NCBI RefSeq assembly: GCF_008709555.1
Contig: NZ_VYIJ01000007.1
Location: forward strand, 411-64,410
DNA length: 64,000 nt
DNA from: Thermoplasma sp.
GTDB lineage: Archaea; Thermoplasmatota; Thermoplasmata; Thermoplasmatales; Thermoplasmataceae
Direction: 5' to 3'
The notes under the pieces are model-generated. The model saw only the letters and a program-made list of their open reading frames with translations, searched no databases and was not told where the DNA came from. Shown here in pieces: positions 10,015 to 19,509 of this stretch. The translations under genes and the position numbers were made by a program. Numbering within the stretch: the first letter of the stretch is position 1; each line of letters starts with the position of its first letter.

Positions 10015-11469
10015 TTATTTCGGATTTTCACTGCCTTTCTGAATTGTTATAGAACCCCTGCTGCGCTCTTCCTTTCCCCTTATGAATGAGAAAAGCGCAC
10101 CGATGAGTATTAATATCAGCGAGACGGCCAGCGCCGTGTGTATGCCGGTGAGAAAAGATGCTGATACTCCACCCACCAGATGACCAACGCCTGCGAACAC
10201 CTCGAAGGCTATGTACCTAGGTATCGATAATGTAGATATTGTTATTGCGAGGACGAATGATCCGAGCATCCCTATGTTCGCCATTGTCCTGAGAAGCCCG
10301 GACGCGGCCCCATATGTCTTCACAGGCGAACTGGCCATAACAGCACTGTTGTTGGCAGGGAAGAACATGGATGATCCAAGGCCAGATATTATCGATACCG
10401 GTATTATGTAGTATATGGATGTCGACAGGCTCAGCTGCATATACAGCACTATGGCAACCGCCATCATCAGCATGCCGAGAGTAGCGGGTAACCTAGCACC
10501 TATCCTGTCCGATAAGCGTCCAAATATCGGGCCAGTGAAACCTCCAAGGACGTATCCCGGGACGAGCAGCAGAGAACTGTCAAGAGGCGTGAGACCGCGG
10601 AGGCCCTGTAGATACATTATTATTATGAATGTCACTGCAAGGTAACCAAGACTCTGTAGGAACGAAGCCATTATCGAGAAGTTGAATACCCTGTTCTGGA
10701 ACATGCTCACTGGCAGGAGAGCGTCCTTGTTCGATCTCTCAAGAAAAACGAATGCAACGATGAGTATTGCACCAACTAACATGAGCCCCTCGTTCAACCT
10801 GTCTATACCATGTGAAGTGAAATCGGTCGCAGCGTATGAGATTGATACAAGGGCAGCAGAGAGCGTCACCACACCCGGTATATCTAGGCGTGCCATGCGC
10901 CTCTCGCTTTTGCCTATGTATTTCATAGCGAAGTAGAACGAGGCAAGCCCTATGGGCACGTTTATGTAGAATATGTAGCGCCATCCTATCAGCGTTGTAA
11001 TTATTCCACCCAATACTATACCAAGGGTTGCACCGGAGTTCCAGCCCACTGAGGTGTATCCATAGGCTCTGCCCCTAAGGTTGGGTGGAAAGTTATCCGC
11101 TATGATCGAACCGGAGTTGGCCTGCATCATGGAACCGCCTGCGGCCTGTATAAACCGGAAGGCTATCAGCGACTCGATGTTCGGAGATATTCCGCACAGG
11201 AACGAACCGGCCGTGAATATTAACATGCCGCTGTTGAATATTGTCTTCCTGGACTTCATGTCTCCAAGACGGCCAAACTGGGTTGTGGTCACAGCTGCTG
11301 TGAGAAGATAAGCGAGTATTATCCATATGGACAACGAAAGGGGCGCTTTCAGGCTATCCGATATTGTCGGGAGAGCAAGCACAACGATCGTGCTGTCGAT
11401 TGCTCCCATCATGACCCCCGCGAGAACCGGGATGAGTATCAGGTCGTTCTTCGAAATGGCCATGCTCAT
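10015..11469 (-). CDS. MFS efflux transporter, 14-TM EmrB/QacA type
   Basis: DSTIVVLALPTI, GRLGDMKSRK and GRLSDRIGAR MFS motifs; start estimated. Confidence 0.9.
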   Translation of the reverse strand: MSMAISKNDLILIPVLAGVMMGAIDSTIVVLALPTISDSLKAPLSLSIWIILAYLLTAAVTTTQFGRLGDMKSRKTIFNSGMLIFTAGSFLCGISPNIESLIAFRFIQAAGGSMMQANSGSIIADNFPPNLRGRAYGYTSVGWNSGATLGIVLGGIITTLIGWRYIFYINVPIGLASFYFAMKYIGKSERRMARLDIPGVVTLSAALVSISYAATDFTSHGIDRLNEGLMLVGAILIVAFVFLERSNKDALLPVSMFQNRVFNFSIMASFLQSLGYLAVTFIIIMYLQGLRGLTPLDSSLLLVPGYVLGGFTGPIFGRLSDRIGARLPATLGMLMMAVAIVLYMQLSLSTSIYYIIPVSIISGLGSSMFFPANNSAVMASSPVKTYGAASGLLRTMANIGMLGSFVLAITISTLSIPRYIAFEVFAGVGHLVGGVSASFLTGIHTALAVSLILILIGALFSFIRGKEERSRGSITIQKGSENPK

Positions 11470-11603
11470 TTTCCTGATGCAATCCAATTATTAATATGTG
11501 CGGTATTTTACATAAGAAACATTGTGTATTGTATGGAATTATACGTCAATTGCCGAATGCGATTATAGCAAAATATAAATAGTATGCAAGAGTATGATTA
11601 TCA

Positions 11604-11783
11604 ATGGCAAAGATAGAGATAGACGATGAGATGTACAGAAAGCTGTCCTCCATGGGGGACGTTGAGGAGATGGTTAGAGAAGCGGTGAGCAGGTACACGA
11701 TGGTTCCGGCTGTCTACGCAGTCGAACGAACGGCTTACGACGGCTACCTTTCTGGTTACTTCTGCCACGGCAACGCCGACTGA
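11604..11783 (+). CDS. Small ribbon-helix-helix-like protein, 59 aa (below the ORF-track cutoff)
   Basis: Translated by hand: MAKIEIDDEMYRKLSSMGDVEEMVREAVSRY...; TATA-like AAATATAAAT at 11571-11580. Confidence 0.7.
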   Translation: MAKIEIDDEMYRKLSSMGDVEEMVREAVSRYTMVPAVYAVERTAYDGYLSGYFCHGNAD

Positions 11784-11938
11784 AGTTCCATCCGGGTCAT
11801 ATTTTTAACGACCCTGACCGCATCCTCACCTATGTTATATATGAAATGAATCGTCGGCACTTTCTGCAGCATCGAGTAATAACTTTCATATATGGTTGTT
11901 CAATCAGGTCAACGTCACACTATAGCGATCAGAGGTGT

Positions 11939-12130
11939 TTGGTTGAAGAGAAGTTCAAGGGACTGGAAAAAGCGCGGAAAGATGCGATGGAAGTGGAGAA
12001 AGAAGAGAATCAGAAGGCTCAAGAGACAGAGAAGAGCCAACAGAATGTGATCCTACAAAAATTCTTTATCCCATATGATGATGTTTTGCCATGGACGACG
12101 AACTGGAGAAATATTTTAAGGATTTTATGA
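11939..12130 (+). CDS. Possible small charged protein
   Basis: GAGGTG just before a TTG, then a Glu/Lys-rich helix; overlaps the next gene by 40 nt, so uncertain. Confidence 0.35.
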   Translation: MVEEKFKGLEKARKDAMEVEKEENQKAQETEKSQQNVILQKFFIPYDDVLPWTTNWRNILRIL

Positions 12131-12432
12131 AGGCAATGCCCACCGAGGACCTATACCTCGAGGCTGTCCGCGACATAGTAAAGGATCTTATAAAAGAATA
12201 CATAAAGAAGAAGATGAATGAAGACGAGACCATAAAGAAGGAACTTGCCACCGTTCTGGAGGAGTTCATGGAGTCCCGCGTGAAGCAGTATGATGCAATG
12301 ATAAGCATGACGAAGATAATCGCGAAGATCGGGCTCGTCAGCGCACCTGAAGGCGTAAAATCCGAGATGTACGAGGATTTCATGAAGGTCTTCAAGAACG
12401 AGATAGAGGCAGTAATAAGGAAGACGCTATGA
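12091..12432 (+). CDS. Hypothetical alpha-helical protein
   Basis: 113-aa ORF with codon usage and composition like neighbouring genes. Confidence 0.75.
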   Translation: MDDELEKYFKDFMKAMPTEDLYLEAVRDIVKDLIKEYIKKKMNEDETIKKELATVLEEFMESRVKQYDAMISMTKIIAKIGLVSAPEGVKSEMYEDFMKVFKNEIEAVIRKTL

Positions 12433-13818
12433 TGTCGTGTCGAAGTCCTTCACAATAATGGATCTTGAGTAGAGATCGAAGATCGTGAGCTTCGATGGCT
12501 TCGGGTTGAAGTTCATCATCTTCTGGTATTCGGTCTGGGACTGCCATGTTGAGGAGTTCACATACCTCACACCCTTGTAGTTTCCGATGTAGTGCGAATG
12601 TATGTGTCCCGTTATGAATATGTCCGGAACCTCCTCTATTACATGATAATCCACTGCCGAGGGTATCATCGGCGTGTTACCGCCATATTTCGGGCTTAGA
12701 TGCCTCCTTATCAGTATGGCCTCTATGGCCTTGCCTATGCTGTCGTAGTTCGCTCCGGGTATCAGCTCTATCATGTCATTTAGGGACATGCCATGATATA
12801 CGAGGACATTCTTTCCCTCCAGCTTCAGATTGTATGGATTTGGCAGGAAGGCCACGTTTGGCTCGAACAGATCCCTGATCCTTGGCGGGAAAACCGGCTG
12901 CGGTTCTGACAAGCGTACGGTATCATGGTTTCCAGGCATCACGAAAACCTTTATGTCCTCGGGCACATCAACGAGGTATTCGGCCAGCTTCGCGTACTGT
13001 TCCAGCGGGTTCAGTATCTCAAGATCGTTTTCCTGATCTGGGTACACGCCTATACCGTCTACGACATCACCGCTGAGGATCAGGTATTTAACCTTCGATG
13101 CGTCTGAGTCGGAAGAAGCCAGCCATTTAACCATTGACTCGAACTCGTTCTTCCTGAATGTCTTGCTTCCAACATGTATGTCCGATATCGAGGCAACGTA
13201 CACAGGATCGTGCTTCTCCTCATCCATAACGCGATAGGGTATGTCAGGCCTGATTATCTCATTCACAAATATGACCGGATCCTTTGATGACTGGCTTACG
13301 CTTCCTATTATCCCTATGACCTCGTCTTCCAGTATTATCTCGTTTATAGGGCCGCGGTCCTTCATCACTATTGCCGTTATGGAATCCTCCAGATCCTCGA
13401 TCACTATGCGCTTGTGTCCATTTTTCGTCATCGATACCTCTGAGACCATGCCGACGACCTTTACCTCGCCTTGGGACCTCTTTGCCGTCTTTATGCTGAC
13501 AGAACCACGCATCGACGAACTCGAGGTTATGATCTTGATGATCTTCTCGTATTTGCTCACGAACATCCTTCTGAAGTCCTCAATTGAGGCATTGAAACGC
13601 ACATCCGGAAGATACACCTCGTAATCGTTCCTGATCTTTGGCCTCGAAATATAGCGGTCCACGTATTTCTCATCAATGTAGCCATCAGAATTCCTTATCA
13701 TCTCTTCTATCATGGAGCTGGAAGAGTATTTTATCAGCTTATCCAGCGCCTCCGGTGATATCAGCACGCCATTGCTGTTGAAGTACTGTATGAGGCTCGT
13801 CCGATCAAGCTGGGACAT
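12427..13818 (-). CDS. polB: DNA polymerase D small (proofreading) subunit DP1
   Basis: OB fold plus intact phosphoesterase motifs SDIH, GDVVDG, GNHD, HG, GHIH; WQSQTEYQ. Confidence 0.95.
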   Translation of the reverse strand: MSQLDRTSLIQYFNSNGVLISPEALDKLIKYSSSSMIEEMIRNSDGYIDEKYVDRYISRPKIRNDYEVYLPDVRFNASIEDFRRMFVSKYEKIIKIITSSSSMRGSVSIKTAKRSQGEVKVVGMVSEVSMTKNGHKRIVIEDLEDSITAIVMKDRGPINEIILEDEVIGIIGSVSQSSKDPVIFVNEIIRPDIPYRVMDEEKHDPVYVASISDIHVGSKTFRKNEFESMVKWLASSDSDASKVKYLILSGDVVDGIGVYPDQENDLEILNPLEQYAKLAEYLVDVPEDIKVFVMPGNHDTVRLSEPQPVFPPRIRDLFEPNVAFLPNPYNLKLEGKNVLVYHGMSLNDMIELIPGANYDSIGKAIEAILIRRHLSPKYGGNTPMIPSAVDYHVIEEVPDIFITGHIHSHYIGNYKGVRYVNSSTWQSQTEYQKMMNFNPKPSKLTIFDLYSRSIIVKDFDTTS

Positions 13819-13912
13819 ATTGCACTTCACGATGATCCGCTTCAAGCATAAATGGATTATCTTCCGAAGATCGTTCAAAAAGTAATATTATATTCGAGAA
13901 GATCACGCAGGG

Positions 13913-14770
13913 ATGCAAAAAGATGGAGAACCGCTTCTCTTCTTCTTCATGGCTTTCTTCTGGGGTCTGAACTATATAATGGTAAAATACGCGTACATAT
14001 ACGACGTATCATCCTCGGTGCTCCTCATGAGGGTTCTCTACGCGCTCGTATTCTCAACAATACTGTTCTTCAGGCAGATAAGGTTTCCGAGGACGCTGGA
14101 AGAGCACCTGAAGGTGTTCGGGCTTGCGAACCTCAACATTACCGCATTCTTCTCGCTCTGGTTCTTTGGAGAGACCGGAGTCAGCGCTTCGCTGACGTCC
14201 ATCGTCATATATTCATATCCCATCATGTCTCTGGCCGCCTCATATGCCATTCTGAACGACCGCTTCGGGAGGGGGAAGGCCATGGGCATAGCACTTGGCT
14301 TCGCCGGTCTCGTAATTATATTCTTCCGTTCTATCAACGTCTATAATTATGTAGACCTGATAATGCTCATACTGGCGGCACTGAGCTGGGCCATGGGCAC
14401 GGTATTCTACAGGAAATTCCTGACCGGCTATGATTCAGCCGGCCTTAACACGCTGCAGCTACTTTATGCCATGCCTGTCGTGATCATCATCGCCTTCATT
14501 ACTGGCGGGATCAACAGACAGCTGATGATACCGCAGTTCAACCTCATAATGATATACATGGGATCTCTGGGAACGGCGGTGGCCTACTTCATATTCCTGA
14601 CGCTTTACAGGAAGTACAGGGTGAGCGATATCTCCGCATATTTCTTCCTTGTTCCGGCGATAAGTGTGATACTTTCCGTGCTGATGCTGCACGAGGCGGT
14701 ATCCCGCATAATGATCGCCGGATTCGTTGTTATGAGCATCGGCATCTATATGTCTGGGCGCCTGAAATAG
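13913..14770 (+). CDS. EamA/DMT family transporter
   Basis: About 10 TM segments; FWGLNY, SYPIM and LVPAISV motifs. Confidence 0.9.
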   Translation: MQKDGEPLLFFFMAFFWGLNYIMVKYAYIYDVSSSVLLMRVLYALVFSTILFFRQIRFPRTLEEHLKVFGLANLNITAFFSLWFFGETGVSASLTSIVIYSYPIMSLAASYAILNDRFGRGKAMGIALGFAGLVIIFFRSINVYNYVDLIMLILAALSWAMGTVFYRKFLTGYDSAGLNTLQLLYAMPVVIIIAFITGGINRQLMIPQFNLIMIYMGSLGTAVAYFIFLTLYRKYRVSDISAYFFLVPAISVILSVLMLHEAVSRIMIAGFVVMSIGIYMSGRLK

Positions 14771-14779
14771 ACTGTGCTT

Positions 14780-15964
14780 TCAGAGGAAGATGCCACGTTT
14801 TGGAAAAACTATGTCCGGCCTGTATGAGATCTCCGGATATCTGTTTAGGCCAATATACCTTGTCCTTGCCCTGGTCAGCATCATCCGGAATATCATGGAA
14901 TCGGAACTGTATACGGCGAGGGATACCGGATCAATTTTCATAATGCGTTCCATAACCTCTTCCACTGATGCAGCATGGTGCAGAATGTAGACCGGCGTGT
15001 AGAGCATGTCGTCAAAGTCCGTTATCTCGCCGTTTATCAGCGTGGGTGTTATTATGTTGCCCTGTGGCCCCTTCGAATACATGAGGGATCTGGCCTTTCT
15101 CGCCTCTGCGATCATGTTCAGAGATCGGACAAGATCGATATCAGATGCGCACGGGCCAAGCTGTGTTGAGAGATCCTCAGGATCTCCTGCCCTTATTGAT
15201 GGTAGCAGTTCCTTCAGCCTGTTCACGAAGTATTCGAAGACATCCTCATGCACTATCATGGCCCTGAGGAACGTGCCGTGCCTCTCTATGATCCCGCTGA
15301 CAAGATCCTGCGCCGCAAAATCCAGGTCTGCGTCCTTCCACACTACGACAACAGATGGCCCTCCCCTGTCCGCGAGGATTGTTCCAGAAGTTCTGCCGTA
15401 GTCCTGCATCCCATCAGTCGAATATGACACCACGTATTTCGATCCCGGCAGACCATCCGGAATTCCATGGTTCCACACGGTTAAAGATCCCTTTGGTAGC
15501 CCTGAGGAGGCAAAGGCCTTGTACATCAGCGATGGGACAAGAAATGCATGCCTGTCCGGAACAACCGCCACCGGCACGCGGTTTGAAAGGAAGAATAGGG
15601 ATGGAACCAGCATTGATGATACTGGATCCTGATGATTTGGGTATACAATGGAATACTGCGGCAGATGATTGAATACAGGATCCTCAAGTATACCGATCTT
15701 TCTCACATCAGAAAGCGATCGGTTCAACTCCGATATTAGGTATCCCACCGGCTTCCCCGTTGTCCTCGCTATCCTTGGCAGTATGGCGTCTCTGTTCTCC
15801 TGCAGATAATCAAAGACGGAATCTATGGATGATCGGATCTGTTCAACAGAGAGAGATCGCAGTGATGCGGATGCATCCTGTATCGCATCCAGTTCCGGAC
15901 CAGGACTCCCGTATTCAAGATACGCGTCCTCTATCTCATCCGTGAATCTATTTCTTATTATCAT
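14780..15964 (-). CDS. Aldehyde dehydrogenase-fold protein, probably catalytically inactive
   Basis: TGKP, GGPSVVVVWKDADLD, GDPEDLSTQLGP and PTLI match ALDH; catalytic Cys and GxxxxG motif not seen. Confidence 0.75.
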   Translation of the reverse strand: MIIRNRFTDEIEDAYLEYGSPGPELDAIQDASASLRSLSVEQIRSSIDSVFDYLQENRDAILPRIARTTGKPVGYLISELNRSLSDVRKIGILEDPVFNHLPQYSIVYPNHQDPVSSMLVPSLFFLSNRVPVAVVPDRHAFLVPSLMYKAFASSGLPKGSLTVWNHGIPDGLPGSKYVVSYSTDGMQDYGRTSGTILADRGGPSVVVVWKDADLDFAAQDLVSGIIERHGTFLRAMIVHEDVFEYFVNRLKELLPSIRAGDPEDLSTQLGPCASDIDLVRSLNMIAEARKARSLMYSKGPQGNIITPTLINGEITDFDDMLYTPVYILHHAASVEEVMERIMKIDPVSLAVYSSDSMIFRMMLTRARTRYIGLNRYPEISYRPDIVFPKRGIFL

Positions 15965-15970
15965 GTCAGC

Positions 15971-17428
15971 CTACGGATTTATGTTTGATATCTGGTAATT
16001 TGGCGGTTCGCTTATCAGCCTTATGTCGTGCGGATGGCTCTCCCTCAGGCCATTGTTTGTTATCCTTACGAACTTTCCGTTCCTCTTTAGATCCTCGATC
16101 GTGGCTGCACCCACGTACCCCATTCCCGTGCGAAGGCCGCCGACCAGCTGGAAGAGGACTTCGTCAACCCTACCCCTGTAAGGGACTGCTCCTTCTACGC
16201 CCTCAGCTATGAAACCATTGCCCAGCTTGCTGTACCTGTCAGAAAGGCCGGTTGTGAGAGCGCCTATGGATCCCATGCCCCTGTAGGCCTTGTACTTCCT
16301 GCCATTGATTATCATCTCCTGGCCGGGGCTTTCCTCGGTTCCAGCCAGCATTGAACCCAGCATAACCGCATCTGCGCCTGCGGCTATTGCCTTGACTATG
16401 TCTCCTGAGTACCTTATGCCTCCGTCCGCTATCACCGGAATCCCACTTTCCCTGGCAACTTCAGCCGCCTCCGAGATGGCAGTGAGCTGCGGCACTCCAA
16501 CGCCCGCAACTATCCTGGTAGTGCATATGGATCCCGGCCCTATGCCGACCCTTAGCCCGTCCACGTCGCAGGCTATGAGATCCTCTGCGGCCTGGGCCGT
16601 CGCTATGTTTCCAGCGACGATGTCTACGGATATCTGTTTCCTCATGTTCCTGATCGATGACAGGACGTTTTCGTTGTCCGCGTGTGCAGTATCAATGACT
16701 ATGAAGTCTGCTCCGGCTTTCTCCACCTCTATTGCCCTCTCTATGTCGAAGGGGCCGACGGCTGCACCGACCATCAGCTGCCCCTCGCTGTCCCTCGAGG
16801 CGTCTGGGAACTTCTGCCTGGTTATTATGTCCTTGGCGGTTATGAGCCCGACGAGATGTCCTGCGCTATCTACGAGTGGCAGCTTCTCGATCCTGTTCTT
16901 GTGCAGTATCTCTATTGCCTCATCAATATCCACGTCCTCTGGTGCCGTGATAACATCCTTTACCATGACGTCGGATACCGAAGAACCCTTCTTCACGAAT
17001 TCCAGATCCCTCTTCGTCACTATACCGATCAGTTTGTCGTCCTTCACGACTGGGAGACCAGCTATGTTTCTCGTGGCCATGAGAGTTTTGGCGACCTCTA
17101 TTGGCGTCTCCGGGCTTATGGTGTAAACATCCCTGATTATTATGGTCTCTTCCCTCTTGACGCGCTTGATCATCTCCACTTCCTTCTCCCTTGGCTGGTT
17201 TCTGTGTATAACTCCTATGGCACCATACCGTGCCATGGCTATGGCCATGGCATCCTCGGTGACTGTGTCCATTGGAGAACTTATTATGGGTACCTTGACC
17301 TGTATATGCCTGCTTATACGGGATGAAACAACAACGTTCTTGGGTTCGACTGAAGTCCTCATTGGAAGTAGAAGGACATCGTCAAAAGTGAAACCTTCAG
17401 CTATCTTCGTGAATTTCTCTCTATACAT
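15971..17428 (-). CDS. guaB: IMP dehydrogenase with CBS pair
   Basis: SPMDTVTE, GIGPGSICTTR catalytic loop, ADGGI, YRGMGS. Confidence 0.97.
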   Translation of the reverse strand: MYREKFTKIAEGFTFDDVLLLPMRTSVEPKNVVVSSRISRHIQVKVPIISSPMDTVTEDAMAIAMARYGAIGVIHRNQPREKEVEMIKRVKREETIIIRDVYTISPETPIEVAKTLMATRNIAGLPVVKDDKLIGIVTKRDLEFVKKGSSVSDVMVKDVITAPEDVDIDEAIEILHKNRIEKLPLVDSAGHLVGLITAKDIITRQKFPDASRDSEGQLMVGAAVGPFDIERAIEVEKAGADFIVIDTAHADNENVLSSIRNMRKQISVDIVAGNIATAQAAEDLIACDVDGLRVGIGPGSICTTRIVAGVGVPQLTAISEAAEVARESGIPVIADGGIRYSGDIVKAIAAGADAVMLGSMLAGTEESPGQEMIINGRKYKAYRGMGSIGALTTGLSDRYSKLGNGFIAEGVEGAVPYRGRVDEVLFQLVGGLRTGMGYVGAATIEDLKRNGKFVRITNNGLRESHPHDIRLISEPPNYQISNINP

Positions 17429-17482
17429 GCGAAAGGAAGTAAAAACCAATAAATAAATGTTGCCAGTTCTTCCTCTGAAAGA

Positions 17483-18244
17483 TCATCTGGTGATCGACGA
17501 CGATGTTTTGTTCCCGTTCGTGGATCTGATGATCTTCCTGATGAATTCTATCGTCTGTGCTGTATGATTATCGTACTCGTACAGTATTGTATTGTAGTAG
17601 TCCTCTGCAACGCTCATCGGTATTCCAATCCGTTCTGAAAGGCTGCGTGCACATTCCATTTTGTAGGCGATCGATCGCATGACAGCATGATCGAGTTCCG
17701 TCGTGTCTGGATTCTCCGATATTCTTGAGACTGATACCGCGTATACTGGTGCCATGTGGAATATCCTTGAGAACGCGTTGCCCACATCCATTATTATGTG
17801 GTTTCTGCCTGCATAAACTGCAAGCGCCTCATCACCATTGAGAAGGGCGTAGTCAGCCACGGTTAGAAGATCTTCCGCATCCTTGTAATCGGTATGGATG
17901 AACCTGTGTTCCACATGTAGGGATGTGAGGACAAGATCAAGGTACAGTTCCGTGGTTCTGGTATTGCGCGTTATTGCCACATCCATTTTCTTCTTCAAGC
18001 CGTCTTTCCTCGATACCAGCAGCGTTGATACGGTCTTCCCCTTGGAGTGTATATTTGCAGTATTGAGAAGCCTCAGGTTATCTTCATTCTCCAGATATGA
18101 GACAAGCGACACCATCCCTATTTCGGATCTGCCGGACAGCACAAGCTCCAGGTTCTGGAACGGGCCATGCCGATCAACACCATCTCGATTTTCAAATCCC
18201 ATATAAAGAGGATCGCTGTGCGCAAAATCAATTATGGATATCAT
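17483..18244 (-). CDS. mqnA: Chorismate dehydratase (futalosine pathway), MqnA-like
   Basis: MqnA/MqnD-like patterns (IDFAHSDPL, TRTTELY, LLNGDEAL, PVYAV); coupled to mqnE. Confidence 0.8.
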   Translation of the reverse strand: MISIIDFAHSDPLYMGFENRDGVDRHGPFQNLELVLSGRSEIGMVSLVSYLENEDNLRLLNTANIHSKGKTVSTLLVSRKDGLKKKMDVAITRNTRTTELYLDLVLTSLHVEHRFIHTDYKDAEDLLTVADYALLNGDEALAVYAGRNHIIMDVGNAFSRIFHMAPVYAVSVSRISENPDTTELDHAVMRSIAYKMECARSLSERIGIPMSVAEDYYNTILYEYDNHTAQTIEFIRKIIRSTNGNKTSSSITR

Positions 18245-19338
18245 GCGTACGCCATTATATTATAGAAGGTGTCCCTTATCGCGGGTACCTTTCCAGCCTG
18301 CCTTATGAGGCGGTTCAGCTCCTCCGTGGTGGTCGGATTCTTCCTGTCCGTAGCACCGAATACCTTCTCGCTGTAAGCTGTACCCACCAGATCGCTGCCG
18401 CCTCCGTTGATGGCGATCTGTGCGACAAGCTTGCCCAATGCGACCCAGTAAACGCTTATGTTCCTTATCGCTTCGCCCATTATTATCCTAGCCAACGCTA
18501 TGACCTTCAGGTCCTTGTCTACTGGTGCCGGACCCTTCACCCTACCGGATTTTAGCAGTGCAGTGTTCTCTGGACTGAATTTCAGCGGTATGAATGAGAG
18601 GAAACCCGGAACCTCCATCTGGTTGTCCCTTATCTTTATCATGTGATCCACTATGTGGTTCCATCCCTCGACGTGGCCGTAGGTCATGGTAGAATTCCCC
18701 CTGAGGCCGAGCGCGTGTATTATCTTGGCATCCTCAAGCCATTTTTCACCTGAGATCTTCTCCGGCGTTGCCACTATCCTCCTGATCTCCGGATCGAATA
18801 TCTCAGCACCGCCTCCAGTGTGTGCGTTCATGCCGGCCTCCATGAACCTTGAAACAGTTTCCTTTATGCTGTTCCCCGTTGTCCTTGCAATGAAGTCTAT
18901 CTCCGGGATCGTGAAAGCCTTTATGGCGACGTCCGGCATAATTGACCTTATCGTCCTGAACATATCCTCATAGTACTCTATGCTCAGGTCTGGATTGAAG
19001 CCGCCAACTATGTGAACCTCGGTCACCTGCCTCTTCTTTGCCTCGTAGGCCTCGTGCATGATCATATCCCTAGTCAGTTCATATCCCTTTCCGAACCTCT
19101 TGTTCTTGTATGGGACATAAAATGCACATATTGGACAGCTTGCTGTGCAGTAGTTTGTGTAATTTATATTATATGAAACTGCATACGTCACGGTATCGCC
19201 GACATCGATCTCAGTGAGCCTGCTTGCTATCTTCATCAGGTCGAATATATCCATGTTGGTGAGATCCATGGCCTCATCGAACGTTATGGGCGAGTTTCTG
19301 GCTCTCTCAACCCAGTAATCAACATCATAGGAGATCAT
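18241..19338 (-). CDS. mqnE: Aminofutalosine synthase (CofH-type radical SAM)
   Basis: NYTNYCTASCPICAF, VHIVGG, IKAFT, GGGAEIF, FIPLKF, VYWV match the MqnE pattern. Confidence 0.85.
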   Translation of the reverse strand: MISYDVDYWVERARNSPITFDEAMDLTNMDIFDLMKIASRLTEIDVGDTVTYAVSYNINYTNYCTASCPICAFYVPYKNKRFGKGYELTRDMIMHEAYEAKKRQVTEVHIVGGFNPDLSIEYYEDMFRTIRSIMPDVAIKAFTIPEIDFIARTTGNSIKETVSRFMEAGMNAHTGGGAEIFDPEIRRIVATPEKISGEKWLEDAKIIHALGLRGNSTMTYGHVEGWNHIVDHMIKIRDNQMEVPGFLSFIPLKFSPENTALLKSGRVKGPAPVDKDLKVIALARIIMGEAIRNISVYWVALGKLVAQIAINGGGSDLVGTAYSEKVFGATDRKNPTTTEELNRLIRQAGKVPAIRDTFYNIMAYA

Positions 19339-19509
19339 TTTATACTCATTGTCATTTGATATTTAAACTTGGAGCCATTTCGCCTTGAACGAAGGCGCAT
19401 TATATTTCTGCTTCAGCCTCTTTCTCCGAATGAATGGATATCTAAACTTTATGGATATGATTAATCAACAAATGCTTAAATACGGCAGGAAAATGACTGG
19501 GCGTGACCC

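Noticed and set aside
16290..17326. Long plus-strand ORFs (278 and 214 aa) opposite guaB
   Set aside because: Antisense shadows of a conserved gene, with no motifs
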